Source of the DNA: Methanocaldococcus sp. 28A | Lineage (GTDB): Archaea > AGJL01 > Methanococci > Methanococcales > Methanocaldococcaceae | Assembly (NCBI GenBank): GCA_049852185.1 | Contig: CP187540.1 | Length of the DNA: 64,000 nucleotides | Reading direction: 5' to 3' (one strand) | Shown: positions 36,450 through 47,924 of the stretch, piece by piece | Layout: every line of letters begins with the position of its first letter | How positions within the stretch are numbered: the first letter of the stretch is position 1 | Made by a program: the position numbers and the translations under genes | The notes under the pieces: generated by a model | What the model was told of the DNA's origin: nothing | What the model saw: only the letters and a program-made list of their open reading frames with translations | The model's database searches: none

Positions 36450-37547
36450 ATGAAACTACATGAATATGAGGCAAAGAAAATATTTAAAAAGTATGGAATA
36501 CCAGTTCCAGAAAGTTTTTTAATAAATAAAGGAGATGATTTAAACAGCATAAATGTTGATAAAGAAGTTGTTTTAAAAGCTCAAGTTTTAGTTGGTGGAA
36601 GAGGGAAAGCTGGAGGAATTTTATTCGCATCAAACAAAGAAGAATTTATAAAGAAGGCTGAAGAGTTGTTTAACAAAGAAGTTAAAGGAGAAAAAGTAGA
36701 AAAAATTTTAGTTGAAGAAAAATTACCAATAGAGAAGGAATATTACGTATCAATTATTATTGATAGAGATGCTAAAAAACCATTAGTTATTTTCTCAACT
36801 GAAGGGGGAGTAGATATTGAAGAAGTTGCAGAAAAAGAGCCAGAAAAGATTATAAAATACCACATTAATGTTAAAAAACCTTTCCTACCATATATAGCGA
36901 GATGGATAGTTAAAGATGCTAAGTTACCAAGTAATGAGATAGGAAAGGTTGCTGATGTTATTTATAAGTTATACAAAATCTTTAAAGATTTAGATGCAAC
37001 AATGGTTGAAATAAATCCTTTAGTTATAACTAAGGATGGAAATATCTATGCCGCTGATGCCGTTCTTCACTTAGATGATGATGCAGCATTTAGACATAAT
37101 TATGAGATATTTGAAGAATACAAAAACAAAGAAAAATTGCCATTTGCCTATGTTGAATTAGATGGAGATGTTGCTGTTATAGGTAATGGGGCTGGTTTAA
37201 CATTGGCAAGTATGGATGTAATTAACAACCTCGGCAGAAAACCAGCTTGTTTCTTAGACATTGGTGGAGGAGCTGATACTGAAACAGTAAAATTAGCTTT
37301 AAGAAAAGTTTTAGAGAATAAAAATGTTAAAGGTATATTTATCAATATCTTGGGAGGGATTACAAGGTGTGATGAAGTTGCCAAAGGAATAGTTGAGGTT
37401 TTAAAAGAACATCCAAATGTAAAGTTTGCTGTTAGAATGATGGGAACTAATGAAGAAATCGGTAGGAAGATTTTAGAAGAGCATGGAATTCCTTATGAAA
37501 CATCAATGGAAGAGGCTGGAAAAAAACTTATTGAAATGTTAAGTTAA
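36450..37547 (+). CDS. sucC: Succinyl-CoA synthetase beta subunit
   Basis: MKLHEYEAK, GGRGKAGG, GNGAGL, GGITRCD. Confidence 0.95.
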   Translation: MKLHEYEAKKIFKKYGIPVPESFLINKGDDLNSINVDKEVVLKAQVLVGGRGKAGGILFASNKEEFIKKAEELFNKEVKGEKVEKILVEEKLPIEKEYYVSIIIDRDAKKPLVIFSTEGGVDIEEVAEKEPEKIIKYHINVKKPFLPYIARWIVKDAKLPSNEIGKVADVIYKLYKIFKDLDATMVEINPLVITKDGNIYAADAVLHLDDDAAFRHNYEIFEEYKNKEKLPFAYVELDGDVAVIGNGAGLTLASMDVINNLGRKPACFLDIGGGADTETVKLALRKVLENKNVKGIFINILGGITRCDEVAKGIVEVLKEHPNVKFAVRMMGTNEEIGRKILEEHGIPYETSMEEAGKKLIEMLS

Positions 37548-37575
37548 TTTATTAACTTTCTTTTTTGGTGAAATA

Positions 37576-38487
37576 ATGATATTAGTTACTGGGGGAGCTG
37601 GTTTTATTGGTAGTCATATTGTAGATAAGCTCATTGAAAATAATTATGATGTAACTATTTTAGACAATTTAACTACAGGATATAAGAATAATATAAATCC
37701 TAAAGCAAATTTTATAAATGCGGATATTAGGGATAAAGATTTAGATGAAAAAATTAATTTTAAAGATGTCGAAGTTGTTATTCATCAAGCAGCTCAGATA
37801 AATGTTAGAAGCTCTATTGAAAATCCAATATATGATGGAGATATTAACATTTTAGGAACTATAAATATCTTAGAGTTTATGAGAAAGCATGACATAAATA
37901 AAATTGTATTTGCATCTTCTGTAGCAGTTTATGGAGAGCCAAAATATCTTCCTGTAGATGAAAACCATCTTATAAAACCACTATCCCCTTATGGGTTAAG
38001 TAAATATGTTGGAGAGGAATATATAAAGCTATATAATCGCCTCTATGGGATTGAATATGCAATTTTAAGATACTCAAATGTTTTTGGTGAGAGGCAAGAC
38101 CCAAAAGGAGAAGCTGGAGTCATAAGCATATTTATAGACAAGATGTTAAAAAATCAAAACCCAACTATTTTTGGAGATGGTAACCAAACAAGAGATTTTG
38201 TCTATGTTGGAGATGTTGCAAAAGCAAATATTATGGCACTAAATTGGAAAAATGAAATTGTTAATATAGGAACTGGAAAAGAGACATCAGTAAATGAATT
38301 ATTTAATATAATAAAAAATGAAATTGGGTTTAAAGGAAATGCAATACATGATAAACAAAGAGAAGGAGAGGTTTATAGAATTTATTTAAATATAGATAAA
38401 GCAAAGTCTTTAGGTTGGGAGCCAGAGGTTGATTTGAAAGAGGGAATAAAAAGAGTTGTTAATTGGATGAAAAACTATAAAGCGTAA
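37576..38487 (+). CDS. galE: UDP-glucose 4-epimerase
   Basis: TGGAGFIG, YGLSK, GDG.QTRDF. Confidence 0.85.
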   Translation: MILVTGGAGFIGSHIVDKLIENNYDVTILDNLTTGYKNNINPKANFINADIRDKDLDEKINFKDVEVVIHQAAQINVRSSIENPIYDGDINILGTINILEFMRKHDINKIVFASSVAVYGEPKYLPVDENHLIKPLSPYGLSKYVGEEYIKLYNRLYGIEYAILRYSNVFGERQDPKGEAGVISIFIDKMLKNQNPTIFGDGNQTRDFVYVGDVAKANIMALNWKNEIVNIGTGKETSVNELFNIIKNEIGFKGNAIHDKQREGEVYRIYLNIDKAKSLGWEPEVDLKEGIKRVVNWMKNYKA

Positions 38488-38505
38488 AACTTTCTATTTG
38501 GTATG

Positions 38506-38557
38506 GGGTCTGTCCAACATGGACAATTATAGACAAATGTCCACGTTGGACAGACTC
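38506..38557. repeat. 20-bp inverted repeat whose arms are themselves palindromic
   Basis: GGGTCTGTCCAACATGGACA-N12-TGTCCACGTTGGACAGACTC. Confidence 0.85.
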
Positions 38558-38569
38558 ACTTTAATACCC

Positions 38570-38696
38570 TATCTTATTCTAATTTCTTATAGGATTATTG
38601 GTTTTTCTGGAGAAGTATCTAAATCCTTTAAAAAAATCTTTCAGCAACTTTTTTATCTTTAACAATGTATATTCCCTCTTCCAACAATGTTATCAT
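38570..38696 (-). pseudogene. Short frameshifted gene remnant
   Basis: GAGGT RBS-like site, MITLLEEGIYIVKDKKVAERF, then a shift in a T-run (LKDLDTSPEKPIIL). Confidence 0.35.
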
Positions 38697-38734
38697 AATT
38701 TTAATTTTTACCTCTAAATAAATTCAGTATTAAA

Positions 38735-39193
38735 CTAGACCATATATTTCTTTTTCCTAATACTTAGATAATGTTTTACAAACTCTTCTTGCTCTTCAGT
38801 CTCAACAGCATATTGACAATAATGCTCTCTAACATACTTTATTGGATTTTTAACTCCATTCAATCCAGCCCATACAGCCAATATAGTTCCAGTTCTTCCA
38901 TGCCCTCCAATACAAGAAACTACAACCTCCTTATTCTTAGAAACATGAAATTTTATAAAATCAACGATTAAATCCATATCTTCAACAGTGGGAATACTAT
39001 AATCTTCAATGGGAACATATAAGGTTTGAATTTTTATAGGATATTCCATAATTTCATACCAACTTTTTAGCCACAATTCGTCTAATATTACAAAACCACC
39101 AATTCTATCCAATAAGTGAAATGGAAAGTTTGGAAAACTGGCAGGTCTTAAACCAAAAATACACACTTCACCATTATGTCGGCACTTGACCAT
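38735..39193 (-). CDS. Dual-specificity/tyrosine phosphatase family protein
   Basis: PIEDYSIP and CX5R motif CIGGHGRTG. Confidence 0.88.
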   Translation of the reverse strand: MVKCRHNGEVCIFGLRPASFPNFPFHLLDRIGGFVILDELWLKSWYEIMEYPIKIQTLYVPIEDYSIPTVEDMDLIVDFIKFHVSKNKEVVVSCIGGHGRTGTILAVWAGLNGVKNPIKYVREHYCQYAVETEEQEEFVKHYLSIRKKKYMV

Positions 39194-39270
39194 ATATTCA
39201 CCCATTGTTTATAATTAATAATAAGTAATATTATTCCTTTTTGGTATAAATTTATTTTCTTTGTTATATG

Positions 39271-40075
39271 GAGGTTGTCAAGATAAGATAAGGAATAAGT
39301 TATAGTTGTGTGCAAAATAAAATAAACTTTTATAAGGACAATTTGAATGCCTTCCATAAGGAAGGCATTCACTAATTCCTTATTTTATTTAAGATAGTTT
39401 TGCACACAACTATATATAGGGAGGAGAAAGATTTGAGCCAGCTAATGGTGGTTGAGAATTTAAAATTATTAGGGAATCGGTTATAGAAAGATTTGGTTCT
39501 ACGTTTGAGTAGGGAGAAGAAATTTTCGACACAATTTCTTAAACCGAATCAAACTCTTTCGAATTTTAGTCCTAATCTCTGTAGAGCCCACGGATACCAT
39601 TTACCACCATCAACCAAAATTTTTGGTTTATTCGAGCAAAATTTTAATATACTTCTTACAAATAAGATTGTATCGAGGTAGCATCTTGTTTCAGAGATAT
39701 GTAGATACCTAAACATTCTTTAGATTCCACATCGATGGCAGACCATACATAAATAGTTTCATTTCCAAGCTTTAGTTTAGTTTCATCGATTGCAATTAGG
39801 TTTCTTGTCTTTCTTTCAGGTTCGTTTAAAATATCTTTAATCTTGTGGTAATATTGTCTAACCGATTCGTGGCTTATACTCTCGAATTGAGAAAGAAACT
39901 AACCTTTCTTAACGATAATCCTAAATAATACAAAATTCCTGCCAAAATTTTAATCTCTATCGACTTTTTATTCCTTTTAACTACCTTCTTAATCCTTTCC
40001 TTTAACATTCCTATCGTAAGTTCCATATTTTCCTTTATTCGTATATATCTATTTAATCCTTATCTTGACATTCTC
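39271..40075 (-). mobile_element. IS6-family element with pseudogenised transposase
   Basis: TIR GAG..TGTCAAGATAAG at both ends. From ATG 40026: LGLSLRKVS / SHESVR..IAIDETK..VWSAID / [11 protein letters not shown] / RNCVENFFS, with frameshifts and a stop. Confidence 0.88.
39301..39414. mobile_element. MITE family A, copy 3 (perfect TIRs; nested in IS6)
   Basis: TATAGTTGTGTGCAAAA...TTTTGCACACAACTATA; central GAATGCCTTCC-ATAA-GGAAGGCATTC. Confidence 0.9.
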
Positions 40076-40094
40076 ATATTTAGATGGTGAAAAT

Positions 40095-41552
40095 ATGAAC
40101 ATTTTAAGAAGAGGAAGGTTAGGAAACTCAATAAAAGAAGATGTTGCAAAATACACAACAAGTTTAAATTTTGATAAAGAAATATTTGAGGCAGATATTT
40201 TATGTGATATTGCTCATGTGATAATGCTTTATGAGCAAAATATTATTAAAAAAGAAGATGCAAAAAAGATTATTGAAGGTTTAAAAGAAATTTATAAAAA
40301 AGGTATGGAAAATCTAAACTTAGACCCTTCTTTAGATGATATACACATGGTTATTGAAAGTGAATTAATTACAAAACTTGGTGAAGATATTGCAGGAAGA
40401 ATGCATACTGGAAGAAGTAGAAATGATGAAGTAGCAACAGATTTAAGGATTGCCTTAAGAGAGAAGGTTTTAATAATAGTTAAATCATTGATTGAGATGC
40501 TAAAAGATATCCTAAAATTAGCTGAAGAGCATAAAGAGACATTAACTGTTGGATATACACATTTGCAACATGCTCAACCAACAACTTTTGCTCATCATCT
40601 ATTAAGTTATGTTTCAGCAATTGAAAGGGATATTTTAAGGTTGTTAGATGCCTACAAAAGGATTAATATCTCACCATTAGGTTGTGGGGCAATGGCAACT
40701 ACTGGATTTAAGATAAATAGAGATAGAACTAAAGAACTTCTTGGATTTGATGCTTTAATAGAGAACTCAATGGATGGAGTTTCAGCGAGAGATTTTATCT
40801 TAGAGACTATGGCAGATTTAGCAATATTAGGAACTAATTTATCAAAAATTTGTGAAGAATTAGTTTTATTCTCAACCTACGAATTTGGAACCATTGAGAT
40901 TGCTAACGAGTTCTGCTCAACATCTTCAATAATGCCTCAAAAGAAGAATCCTGATGTGGCAGAGATAGCAAGGGCTAAACTATCTAAGCTAAATGGAAAT
41001 TTAATTACTGCTCTAACTATTTTAAAAGCTTTGCCTAACACTTACAATAGAGATTTGCAGGAAGTTAGCCCACATTTATGGGATAGCGTTTATACAACAA
41101 TAGACACAATAAAAATGGTTCATGAGATGTTAAAGACAATAAAAGTAAATAAAGAGAGAATGAGAGAGTTAGCTAATGCAAATTACTCAACAGCAACAGA
41201 ATTAGCAGATACTTTGGTTAGAGAGACAGGGATTCCATTTAGAACAGCTCATGGCATCGTTGGAGAAGTTGTTAGAAAGGCTATTGATGAAAAAAAGGAT
41301 ATGATTGAAGTTATCTATGAAGTTTTAGAAAAATATAATTTGAAAGTTGATGAAGAAAAAATAAGAAAGGCATTAGACCCTTATGAGAATGTTAAAATGA
41401 GGGATGTTATTGGGGGTCCTGCTCCAAAAGAGGTTGAAAAAAGAATAAAGGCATTTAAAGAGAGATTAGATAAATATGAAAAAGAAGTAAATGAAAAAAT
41501 GCAAAAGATAAATAATATTAAAGAAACACTTTCATCCTATGAGATTAAATAA
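40095..41552 (+). CDS. argH: Argininosuccinate lyase
   Basis: HTGRSRND, GYTHLQHAQP, SSIMPQKKNPD; ATG 40095 behind GGTGA. Confidence 0.96.
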   Translation: MNILRRGRLGNSIKEDVAKYTTSLNFDKEIFEADILCDIAHVIMLYEQNIIKKEDAKKIIEGLKEIYKKGMENLNLDPSLDDIHMVIESELITKLGEDIAGRMHTGRSRNDEVATDLRIALREKVLIIVKSLIEMLKDILKLAEEHKETLTVGYTHLQHAQPTTFAHHLLSYVSAIERDILRLLDAYKRINISPLGCGAMATTGFKINRDRTKELLGFDALIENSMDGVSARDFILETMADLAILGTNLSKICEELVLFSTYEFGTIEIANEFCSTSSIMPQKKNPDVAEIARAKLSKLNGNLITALTILKALPNTYNRDLQEVSPHLWDSVYTTIDTIKMVHEMLKTIKVNKERMRELANANYSTATELADTLVRETGIPFRTAHGIVGEVVRKAIDEKKDMIEVIYEVLEKYNLKVDEEKIRKALDPYENVKMRDVIGGPAPKEVEKRIKAFKERLDKYEKEVNEKMQKINNIKETLSSYEIK

Positions 41553-41560
41553 AAAATAAA

Positions 41561-42250
41561 CTAAAAAATAACATCTTTCCAAATATAAACAGCCATTAAT
41601 AGCCATATTGCTACTAAAATATATCCTTCTTTTTTTCTTAATTTATAGTTGGATATTGGATAAAAAGCTCTAACTCCTGCAGGTGTTAAAGAATCTCCAA
41701 CTAAATGAGATAAATAACCTGCCATTATTGGCAATATGTAATGTAAAGTTCCATTAATTCCAGGATTTAATTTTAGAATATCCAAAATAGCCCACGCAAA
41801 CACTGCAAAAATCATCACTCTACCGAGTAAAATTTCATTGGTAACCATTGACAATATTAATATTCCAGCAAAAACTGAAGATAAAAATGAAAGTTTATAA
41901 GCTAAATAACCCAAAATAAAAGATACAAATAACAAAGACCAAAATGTATGAGTTAAAGTCCTATGCTCTGAAAAATATGGAATCAAATATATCAAAAAAA
42001 CTGAAACTCCCAAAATAAACAAATCAATATTAAATAAATTTTTATCAAAAAAATAAAGCAATATATTTATAAAAACAATCCCTCCAGATATTAAAATCCC
42101 TCTTTTAACAATATCTTCTTTAACATCATGGTCTAAATCTGGATATAAAGCCCCAGCTAATGCCAAAAATATCTGTTCTGGGGAAGATACGAAAGGCAAT
42201 CCAAATATAAGACCCAAAATTGTATGTCCTTTCCAATTCATTTTTATCAC
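41561..42250 (-). CDS. Membrane metal-dependent hydrolase (YdjM/DUF457-like)
   Basis: W.GH, PDLDH, HRTLTH, SHLVGD.LT..G. Confidence 0.85.
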   Translation of the reverse strand: MIKMNWKGHTILGLIFGLPFVSSPEQIFLALAGALYPDLDHDVKEDIVKRGILISGGIVFINILLYFFDKNLFNIDLFILGVSVFLIYLIPYFSEHRTLTHTFWSLLFVSFILGYLAYKLSFLSSVFAGILILSMVTNEILLGRVMIFAVFAWAILDILKLNPGINGTLHYILPIMAGYLSHLVGDSLTPAGVRAFYPISNYKLRKKEGYILVAIWLLMAVYIWKDVIF

Positions 42251-43764
42251 ATTAAAAGCTCTACTCTACTATCTCTAAGCTTATTAAATATTTTCAAAGC
42301 AATACTTGGAATAAAGGTTGTTATATATGCTTTATTTGAACTCTCTACAGCTTTTTTATCATCTCCATTGCATGGATAGGCATTAATTCCAGCTTCATTT
42401 AATATTTTGATAGTGGCTTTTTCTACCCAACTATCAGCATCCGATATATAAACTTCTTCTGCCTTTTCAGCAATTGCCCAACTTATATACCTTCCTCCAA
42501 TTAATCCTATTTTTTCAGTAGAGATGTCATCAATTGTTTTCTTTAATTTTAATTTTCTACATAGATTACTTTCTTTTATAGATGCCCAGTGTGCATCTCC
42601 TAAATAAAACCCTCCAATGCTGTAAGGATAGATATTTCCTTTTAAAAAGTTGTTTCCTAAAGCAATTGCTTTAACTATCTCCTTATCTATAAAGCTTGCA
42701 TTAACATTTCCTGCTTTTATTTCTTCTCTAATTATTCTCATAACTCTTCTTAGACCAAAATTACCTCTTTTTGCAGTTTTTGGAGAATAGCCACACATAT
42801 ATCCATGGTGATTTAATGGAAATCCAGTTATTATAGCATTTAAACCACTCCTCAACCCAATTCTACATTCATCCTCATAAGCTCCATTTGTTGCTACTAC
42901 CCCTCCTTTAACCAATATTCTTGACACTGCTATAGCTTTAGCAAACGCTTTTAGCCTATCTTTAGCTCTGTTAAATGGAGCTCCCTCAACAACAAACACA
43001 TCAACATCCAAATCAATACATGCCTTAATTCCAGTTATTAAATCATCATATCCATCTCCAATATGGAAAATTCCTTCTAAACCCTTTCCATATTTTTTAG
43101 CTGTTCTTGCAACAACTTCCATCTCCTCTAATGGAGCGGCATGCTCCTCTCCTCCCTGCTCTTCAACCACATTTATACATACAGTTGAAGCCAATCTAAC
43201 CCAATCTTCAAACTCATCCTTATGTTCTTTCTCTTTCTCTATCAACCTCTTATGAATTCTATTTCTCGGACAGCCCTTAAATGGAGCTCCTATATAATAA
43301 CAATCCCCATAGCAGTGAGTAATCTCCTTAGGAAATCTCATAGGTCCATACATTCCAAAGTGGTCTATATCTATAGGGACGTCAACATTTTCTAAAACCA
43401 TTTTCAAAACATCTATTGCTCTTAGATTTTCTTTTTCAGCAATATCTGCCACAGCATAACTGCAAATATGAATTGGAAATCCTATATAATCTGTTAATAT
43501 GCAATTTTCAATAAATTGAGTTAATGTTAATGATGAAGAACACGGCCCTACAGCAATCTCAACCAAATCACAACCCATTGGGAATTTTCTTAAATTACTT
43601 CCTAATTTTTGAATCTCCTCTAAAGATAAATCATCTACTGCATCAACTACTTCAATTATATCACTTTCTTTTATATTTTTTTCATTTAACTTTTTTAAAA
43701 TTAATTTTCTTAATTCTAATGCTGATTCCAAATTATTTACAGCATCTTTAATAAGTTCTCTCAT
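42247..43764 (-). CDS. hcgG: FeGP cofactor biosynthesis protein HcgG (HmdC)
   Basis: [35 protein letters not shown]; hmd neighbourhood. Confidence 0.85.
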   Translation of the reverse strand: MRELIKDAVNNLESALELRKLILKKLNEKNIKESDIIEVVDAVDDLSLEEIQKLGSNLRKFPMGCDLVEIAVGPCSSSLTLTQFIENCILTDYIGFPIHICSYAVADIAEKENLRAIDVLKMVLENVDVPIDIDHFGMYGPMRFPKEITHCYGDCYYIGAPFKGCPRNRIHKRLIEKEKEHKDEFEDWVRLASTVCINVVEEQGGEEHAAPLEEMEVVARTAKKYGKGLEGIFHIGDGYDDLITGIKACIDLDVDVFVVEGAPFNRAKDRLKAFAKAIAVSRILVKGGVVATNGAYEDECRIGLRSGLNAIITGFPLNHHGYMCGYSPKTAKRGNFGLRRVMRIIREEIKAGNVNASFIDKEIVKAIALGNNFLKGNIYPYSIGGFYLGDAHWASIKESNLCRKLKLKKTIDDISTEKIGLIGGRYISWAIAEKAEEVYISDADSWVEKATIKILNEAGINAYPCNGDDKKAVESSNKAYITTFIPSIALKIFNKLRDSRVELLM

Positions 43765-44293
43765 AAAAATCCCTCAAATTATTTATAATCTGAAGATACC
43801 TATCTTCAATTCTTTCAACTAACCCTAAATCATAGTTATGTGTTTTTAATATAATTGCATTACTATAATTTTTATTCAAATAGTCTGGAATTATTATAAT
43901 GCCTTTATTAGAAATTTTTATACCTAAATCTTCAACAATCTTTTTAACAAACTCTGTTTTTGGATTAACTTCTACATTTAAATCTTTAGCTAATTTTTTT
44001 ATTTTTTTTTCTTTATTTTTTAAAAATTCTATTGAGTTATTTATTTTTTCTTCATCTCCAATACCTAATTTTCTTAATTCTTCTAAACTTTCAATTAAAT
44101 CCTTAAAAGTTGCTGACTTAACCTCAAAAATCTCAACATTTGGATTTAATCTTCTTACTTTATCTTTATAACCTTTAGATATGATTAAAAAATCACAATT
44201 GCATTTTTCTTTGTATGGATTAACTATTTCATAATCCTCTAAACCAATTAAATCAGCAATTTCTTTATACATTCTTGTAATTCCAATTTTCAT
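43748..44293 (-). CDS. Hypothetical protein in hmd cluster
   Basis: 181-aa ORF overlapping the hcgG start. Confidence 0.7.
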   Translation of the reverse strand: MKIGITRMYKEIADLIGLEDYEIVNPYKEKCNCDFLIISKGYKDKVRRLNPNVEIFEVKSATFKDLIESLEELRKLGIGDEEKINNSIEFLKNKEKKIKKLAKDLNVEVNPKTEFVKKIVEDLGIKISNKGIIIIPDYLNKNYSNAIILKTHNYDLGLVERIEDRYLQIINNLRDFYERTY

Positions 44294-44816
44294 ATTCCCA
44301 CTTATTGGTTGTTTTATCTAAAACTATTTCTTTTGGAATATCTCTTATTTTTAATATTAACTTATCATTAGTTTCTTTTTTTCTCAATCTCCTCATAATT
44401 ATAATAACGCGATTCCATCAACGACAACCCCATTTTCGTAAATAGACAAATAGTGAGTTTGTTTAAGATTAGATATTAAAAAAAATAAATGATGATAATA
44501 AAATAATAGCCATCATTCCTTTAACAAAATGATATATAATAAAAAATCCTGAAAAAATAAAAACCAATCCAAATAATATATGATACCAATTTCCAATCTT
44601 TATAGTTCCTCTATAGATAAGCTTTCCAGTGTTTATTTTCCTAATTTTTGAATATGCATAAAAGATTATTGCCATATAAATTATTGCTATTCCAAAAACT
44701 ATGCCAATCACATATATAACTTTCAACATCCCTAATAATTGAATTGAAATAAATATTAATGTAAATACAAATCCATTCCCAATCAAATATAAGTAATAAG
44801 GATTTATTCCTCTCAT
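44290..44816 (-). pseudogene. Frameshifted membrane protein (IYENG-type C-terminal domain)
   Basis: 115-aa ORF stops after a T8 run; shifted frames continue ISNLKQTHYLSIYENGVVVDGIA and YYNYEEIEKK..LILKIRD. Confidence 0.6.
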
Positions 44817-44837
44817 TTTCTCACAAATTTTTATAAT

Positions 44838-45908
44838 TTATTTTTCATAAACTTTTAAATATTTCTCATATTTCTTCCAATCCAATTTTGGTTTTAACCC
44901 CAAATCTAAAATCATTTTAACAACTTCTTCTAAATTTCCTGTTTTTGGACTACCAACTCCTTTAATGTTTATTGGATGATTTCTTGGAATAACCGTTGCT
45001 ATATTACTTGCCCCCCCTAATAAAGCAAATTGCACTAACTCAGCCCCTATTGTTGGTGTTGGTGAAGTTATCCTTATATTTGGAAATAATAGCCTTGTTA
45101 TAGCTATTGTCTTTGCCTGCTCTAAGGCTGTGCATTTTGGATAATTCTCCATTGGAGTTCCTTTATAAGGATTAAATCCCATTATCGGAATTTCTCCAAC
45201 ATTTAATTCATTTTTTAAATAAAATAAATGCTCTACTCTATCTTCATAACTCTCTCCTATCCCTATTAATAAACCGGAAGATAACTCAATATCATACTTA
45301 TTGACTAATTTACAAACTCTTATTCTATCTTCCAAGTCCTCTCCAGGTTTTAATTTTTTAAAAAGTTCTTCATTTATCGTCTCTAAGTTACAGCAGATTG
45401 TATCTATACCATATTTTTTAAGCTCCTTTATTGCTTCTTCAGTTAAATCTGCTCCTGCATTAACTAAAACCTCTAAGTTTGTATTATCCTTAACTATTTT
45501 TAAAGCTCTAACGACCTCTCTACCTTCATAACCATGTGCAGAAGAGCAACTAACTCTTTTTATTCCACTCTCTTCAATTGCTATTGCTGATTTTTTTATA
45601 TCCTCGTCATTTAATCTAAATGGTTTATAATATCCTTCTTTTGAAGTTCCGGCGGCAAAACCACAGTATAAGCATTTTGGATTAATCTTGCAAATATTTG
45701 TTATATGGATTGTTGAAGTTATTTCAATCTCTTTCTTAAAAAAGTCTCTAACTTCTGAAGCTAATCTAAATAATTCTAAATAATCTCTCCAATTGTCTAT
45801 TTTAAATAGTTTTAATGATTCATCCTCATCTATAAGCCCATTTTTTATAAATTGTTTGTTTCCTTCTTTTAGCTCTTTAAAATTCTCCTCTATCTTCTCA
45901 AATACCAT
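44838..45908 (-). CDS. hcgA: Radical SAM protein HcgA (HmdB)
   Basis: CX5CX2C motif CKINPKCLYC, directly downstream of hmd. Confidence 0.9.
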   Translation of the reverse strand: MVFEKIEENFKELKEGNKQFIKNGLIDEDESLKLFKIDNWRDYLELFRLASEVRDFFKKEIEITSTIHITNICKINPKCLYCGFAAGTSKEGYYKPFRLNDEDIKKSAIAIEESGIKRVSCSSAHGYEGREVVRALKIVKDNTNLEVLVNAGADLTEEAIKELKKYGIDTICCNLETINEELFKKLKPGEDLEDRIRVCKLVNKYDIELSSGLLIGIGESYEDRVEHLFYLKNELNVGEIPIMGFNPYKGTPMENYPKCTALEQAKTIAITRLLFPNIRITSPTPTIGAELVQFALLGGASNIATVIPRNHPINIKGVGSPKTGNLEEVVKMILDLGLKPKLDWKKYEKYLKVYEK

Positions 45909-46025
45909 TACATCACCAATCATTATGGTTAAACATCAAAATATCTTACAGCTAAAAGAGATTAAAAAGTTTTCTATTATTCTATAAATTAAAATAAAAA
46001 AATAAAAAAGATTTAAAAATCAGAT

Positions 46026-47057
46026 TTATTCTTTTTTGTGTTTTTCTAATACCTTCAATGCTGTTGGTAAAATATCTGCTAATGGCCCAAAGCACATACT
46101 GTCTGCTGTTCCTAATAATGCTGCTGGGTCTAAAGCTTCTTCCATGTTTGCAATTCCTTTCTCTTTCATTAAGTTAAGCATTTGAGTTAAAGCTTCATCT
46201 GCCATCATCTGAGCGAAGTCAGCAGGAGCTCCTAAAATCTTTGTAACTGCGTCTCTGTAAGCTAATAGACCAGCATAAACTACTGCTGTAACTGCTGAAC
46301 ACATATCGCAAACTGGACCTATTAAGTTAGCAGGCATCTTAAATGCTTGACCTCTTGCAATTTTAGCGATTTCATATAATTTGTTAACAGCTTCCTCACT
46401 TGCATAACCTTCAGCGATATAAACTTGTCCTTTCATCTCTGGAACACATCCTGGGTGGTATGAGGTTATGTTTAAGTCATCTCTTCCTAAATCCTTAAAG
46501 ATTTTTGCGAATTTTGTTGTAGGAATTGTACATGCGTGGGTTACAATAGCTCCTTCTGGAATTGCATCTGCAAATTTCTTAATAATGTCTGGCTGTTTGT
46601 TTCCTTTTGGTAACCATGTTAAAATAATATCTGCATCTGCTACTGCCTCTCTATCATCTGATGTAACTTTTAAACCTACATCCTCTGGGTGGACAAAGTG
46701 TATGCATGCCTTTGGTGGTTTTGGCAACTCTTTTGCCTTTGCCTTAACGACTTCTCTAATTTTTGGCATTATACTTTCTGGATTACCATTTAAGTGAGCT
46801 TCCATAACTTCTTTTGGGTCAAATTCATCAATAATAACTAACCCTGGTTCCTCAGCAAAGCATGGGTCTGAAACAATAACTTCTTTAACATCATCTACCA
46901 AGTGTAAAAGCTCAGCCCCCATTGTAATTGTTGAGTGTGTTAATGCAATTTCTGGTTTTCCAACTTCTTTAGCTACTTGTGATGCTCTCATGAAGTTTGT
47001 AATCCCTGCAGCTGCGTGGGTTCTGTAACATCCAGCTCCTAATATTGCTATTTTCAT
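46026..47057 (-). CDS. hmd: [Fe]-hydrogenase Hmd
   Basis: MKIAILGAGCYRTH, HACTIP, PVCDMCS. Confidence 0.97.
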   Translation of the reverse strand: MKIAILGAGCYRTHAAAGITNFMRASQVAKEVGKPEIALTHSTITMGAELLHLVDDVKEVIVSDPCFAEEPGLVIIDEFDPKEVMEAHLNGNPESIMPKIREVVKAKAKELPKPPKACIHFVHPEDVGLKVTSDDREAVADADIILTWLPKGNKQPDIIKKFADAIPEGAIVTHACTIPTTKFAKIFKDLGRDDLNITSYHPGCVPEMKGQVYIAEGYASEEAVNKLYEIAKIARGQAFKMPANLIGPVCDMCSAVTAVVYAGLLAYRDAVTKILGAPADFAQMMADEALTQMLNLMKEKGIANMEEALDPAALLGTADSMCFGPLADILPTALKVLEKHKKE

Positions 47058-47224
47058 ACTATCACCTTGTTAAATATTTTAAACAATATTAGTAGTAGTA
47101 ATATTATTGTTATATTTAGTAATATATAAAATTATCTATTTGATTTCAGATAATAAATAGCCATAAATAAGTATTATCTACATAATAAATTTTCTAATAG
47201 CTAATATAAAAAATTAAATATTGT

Positions 47225-47785
47225 CTAAAAAATAGCGATGCATCGGATTGGAGAGGCATCAATATTGAATATCTTCAAAGGCAATCCTAAAAAATAGAAC
47301 TTCTTTCCAACTAAATTTTTTAAATTTTCGTTTAAATTTTCAATAATTAAGATATTATTTGACAGAAGATTTTTATGCTCCTCAAATCCACCAATTGTGC
47401 ATGCATCTATGCCTACACATTTTATTTTCCTTTTAACTATATCATCTAAAAAATAAATATCTGGAATTTTTTTAAAATATTCTTCTTTTCCCCAATATTT
47501 AGAAAATCCAGTATAAATTAGTAATATATCGCAAACAGGTAACTTATTTATCTCAAAATCATTCAAAGATATACAATATCCAACTCCTTTAATTATCAAA
47601 TCTTTAGAAAAAATTATATTTTCTAAGCCAATATGTTTTGGATAATCTACATGAGTAGAGAGATGAGAGCCCAAAACTATCTCTGATATTATAAACTTAT
47701 CCATCCTTTTTTCAGTAATTTTCAGCTCTGGGTCTCCGGGATATGGAAAATTAATTAAAGGTTGTGTTAAATCTAAGATTTTCAT
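47225..47785 (-). CDS. Cyclase family (kynurenine formamidase-like) protein
   Basis: YPGDP, HLSTHVDYPKH, IIENL, DASPIR. Confidence 0.85.
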   Translation of the reverse strand: MKILDLTQPLINFPYPGDPELKITEKRMDKFIISEIVLGSHLSTHVDYPKHIGLENIIFSKDLIIKGVGYCISLNDFEINKLPVCDILLIYTGFSKYWGKEEYFKKIPDIYFLDDIVKRKIKCVGIDACTIGGFEEHKNLLSNNILIIENLNENLKNLVGKKFYFLGLPLKIFNIDASPIRCIAIF

Positions 47786-47924
47786 GTTTTCACTTTACTT
47801 CATATATTTAAATATATTTCCATTAAGTATATATATCTCCTCAAAACACATATATATAAAGTTTTCGAAAATTATCTATACTGGTTTTCAATAGAGATAA
47901 ATTAGCATATATAGAGGGAGCAAT

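Noticed and set aside
39148-39681. ORFs 39148-39372 and 39493-39681
   Set aside because: Derived from MITE sequence and the antisense of the IS6 pseudogene
44838-45908. Non-canonical CX5CX2C radical SAM motif
   Set aside because: Established hallmark of HcgA/HmdB, not novel
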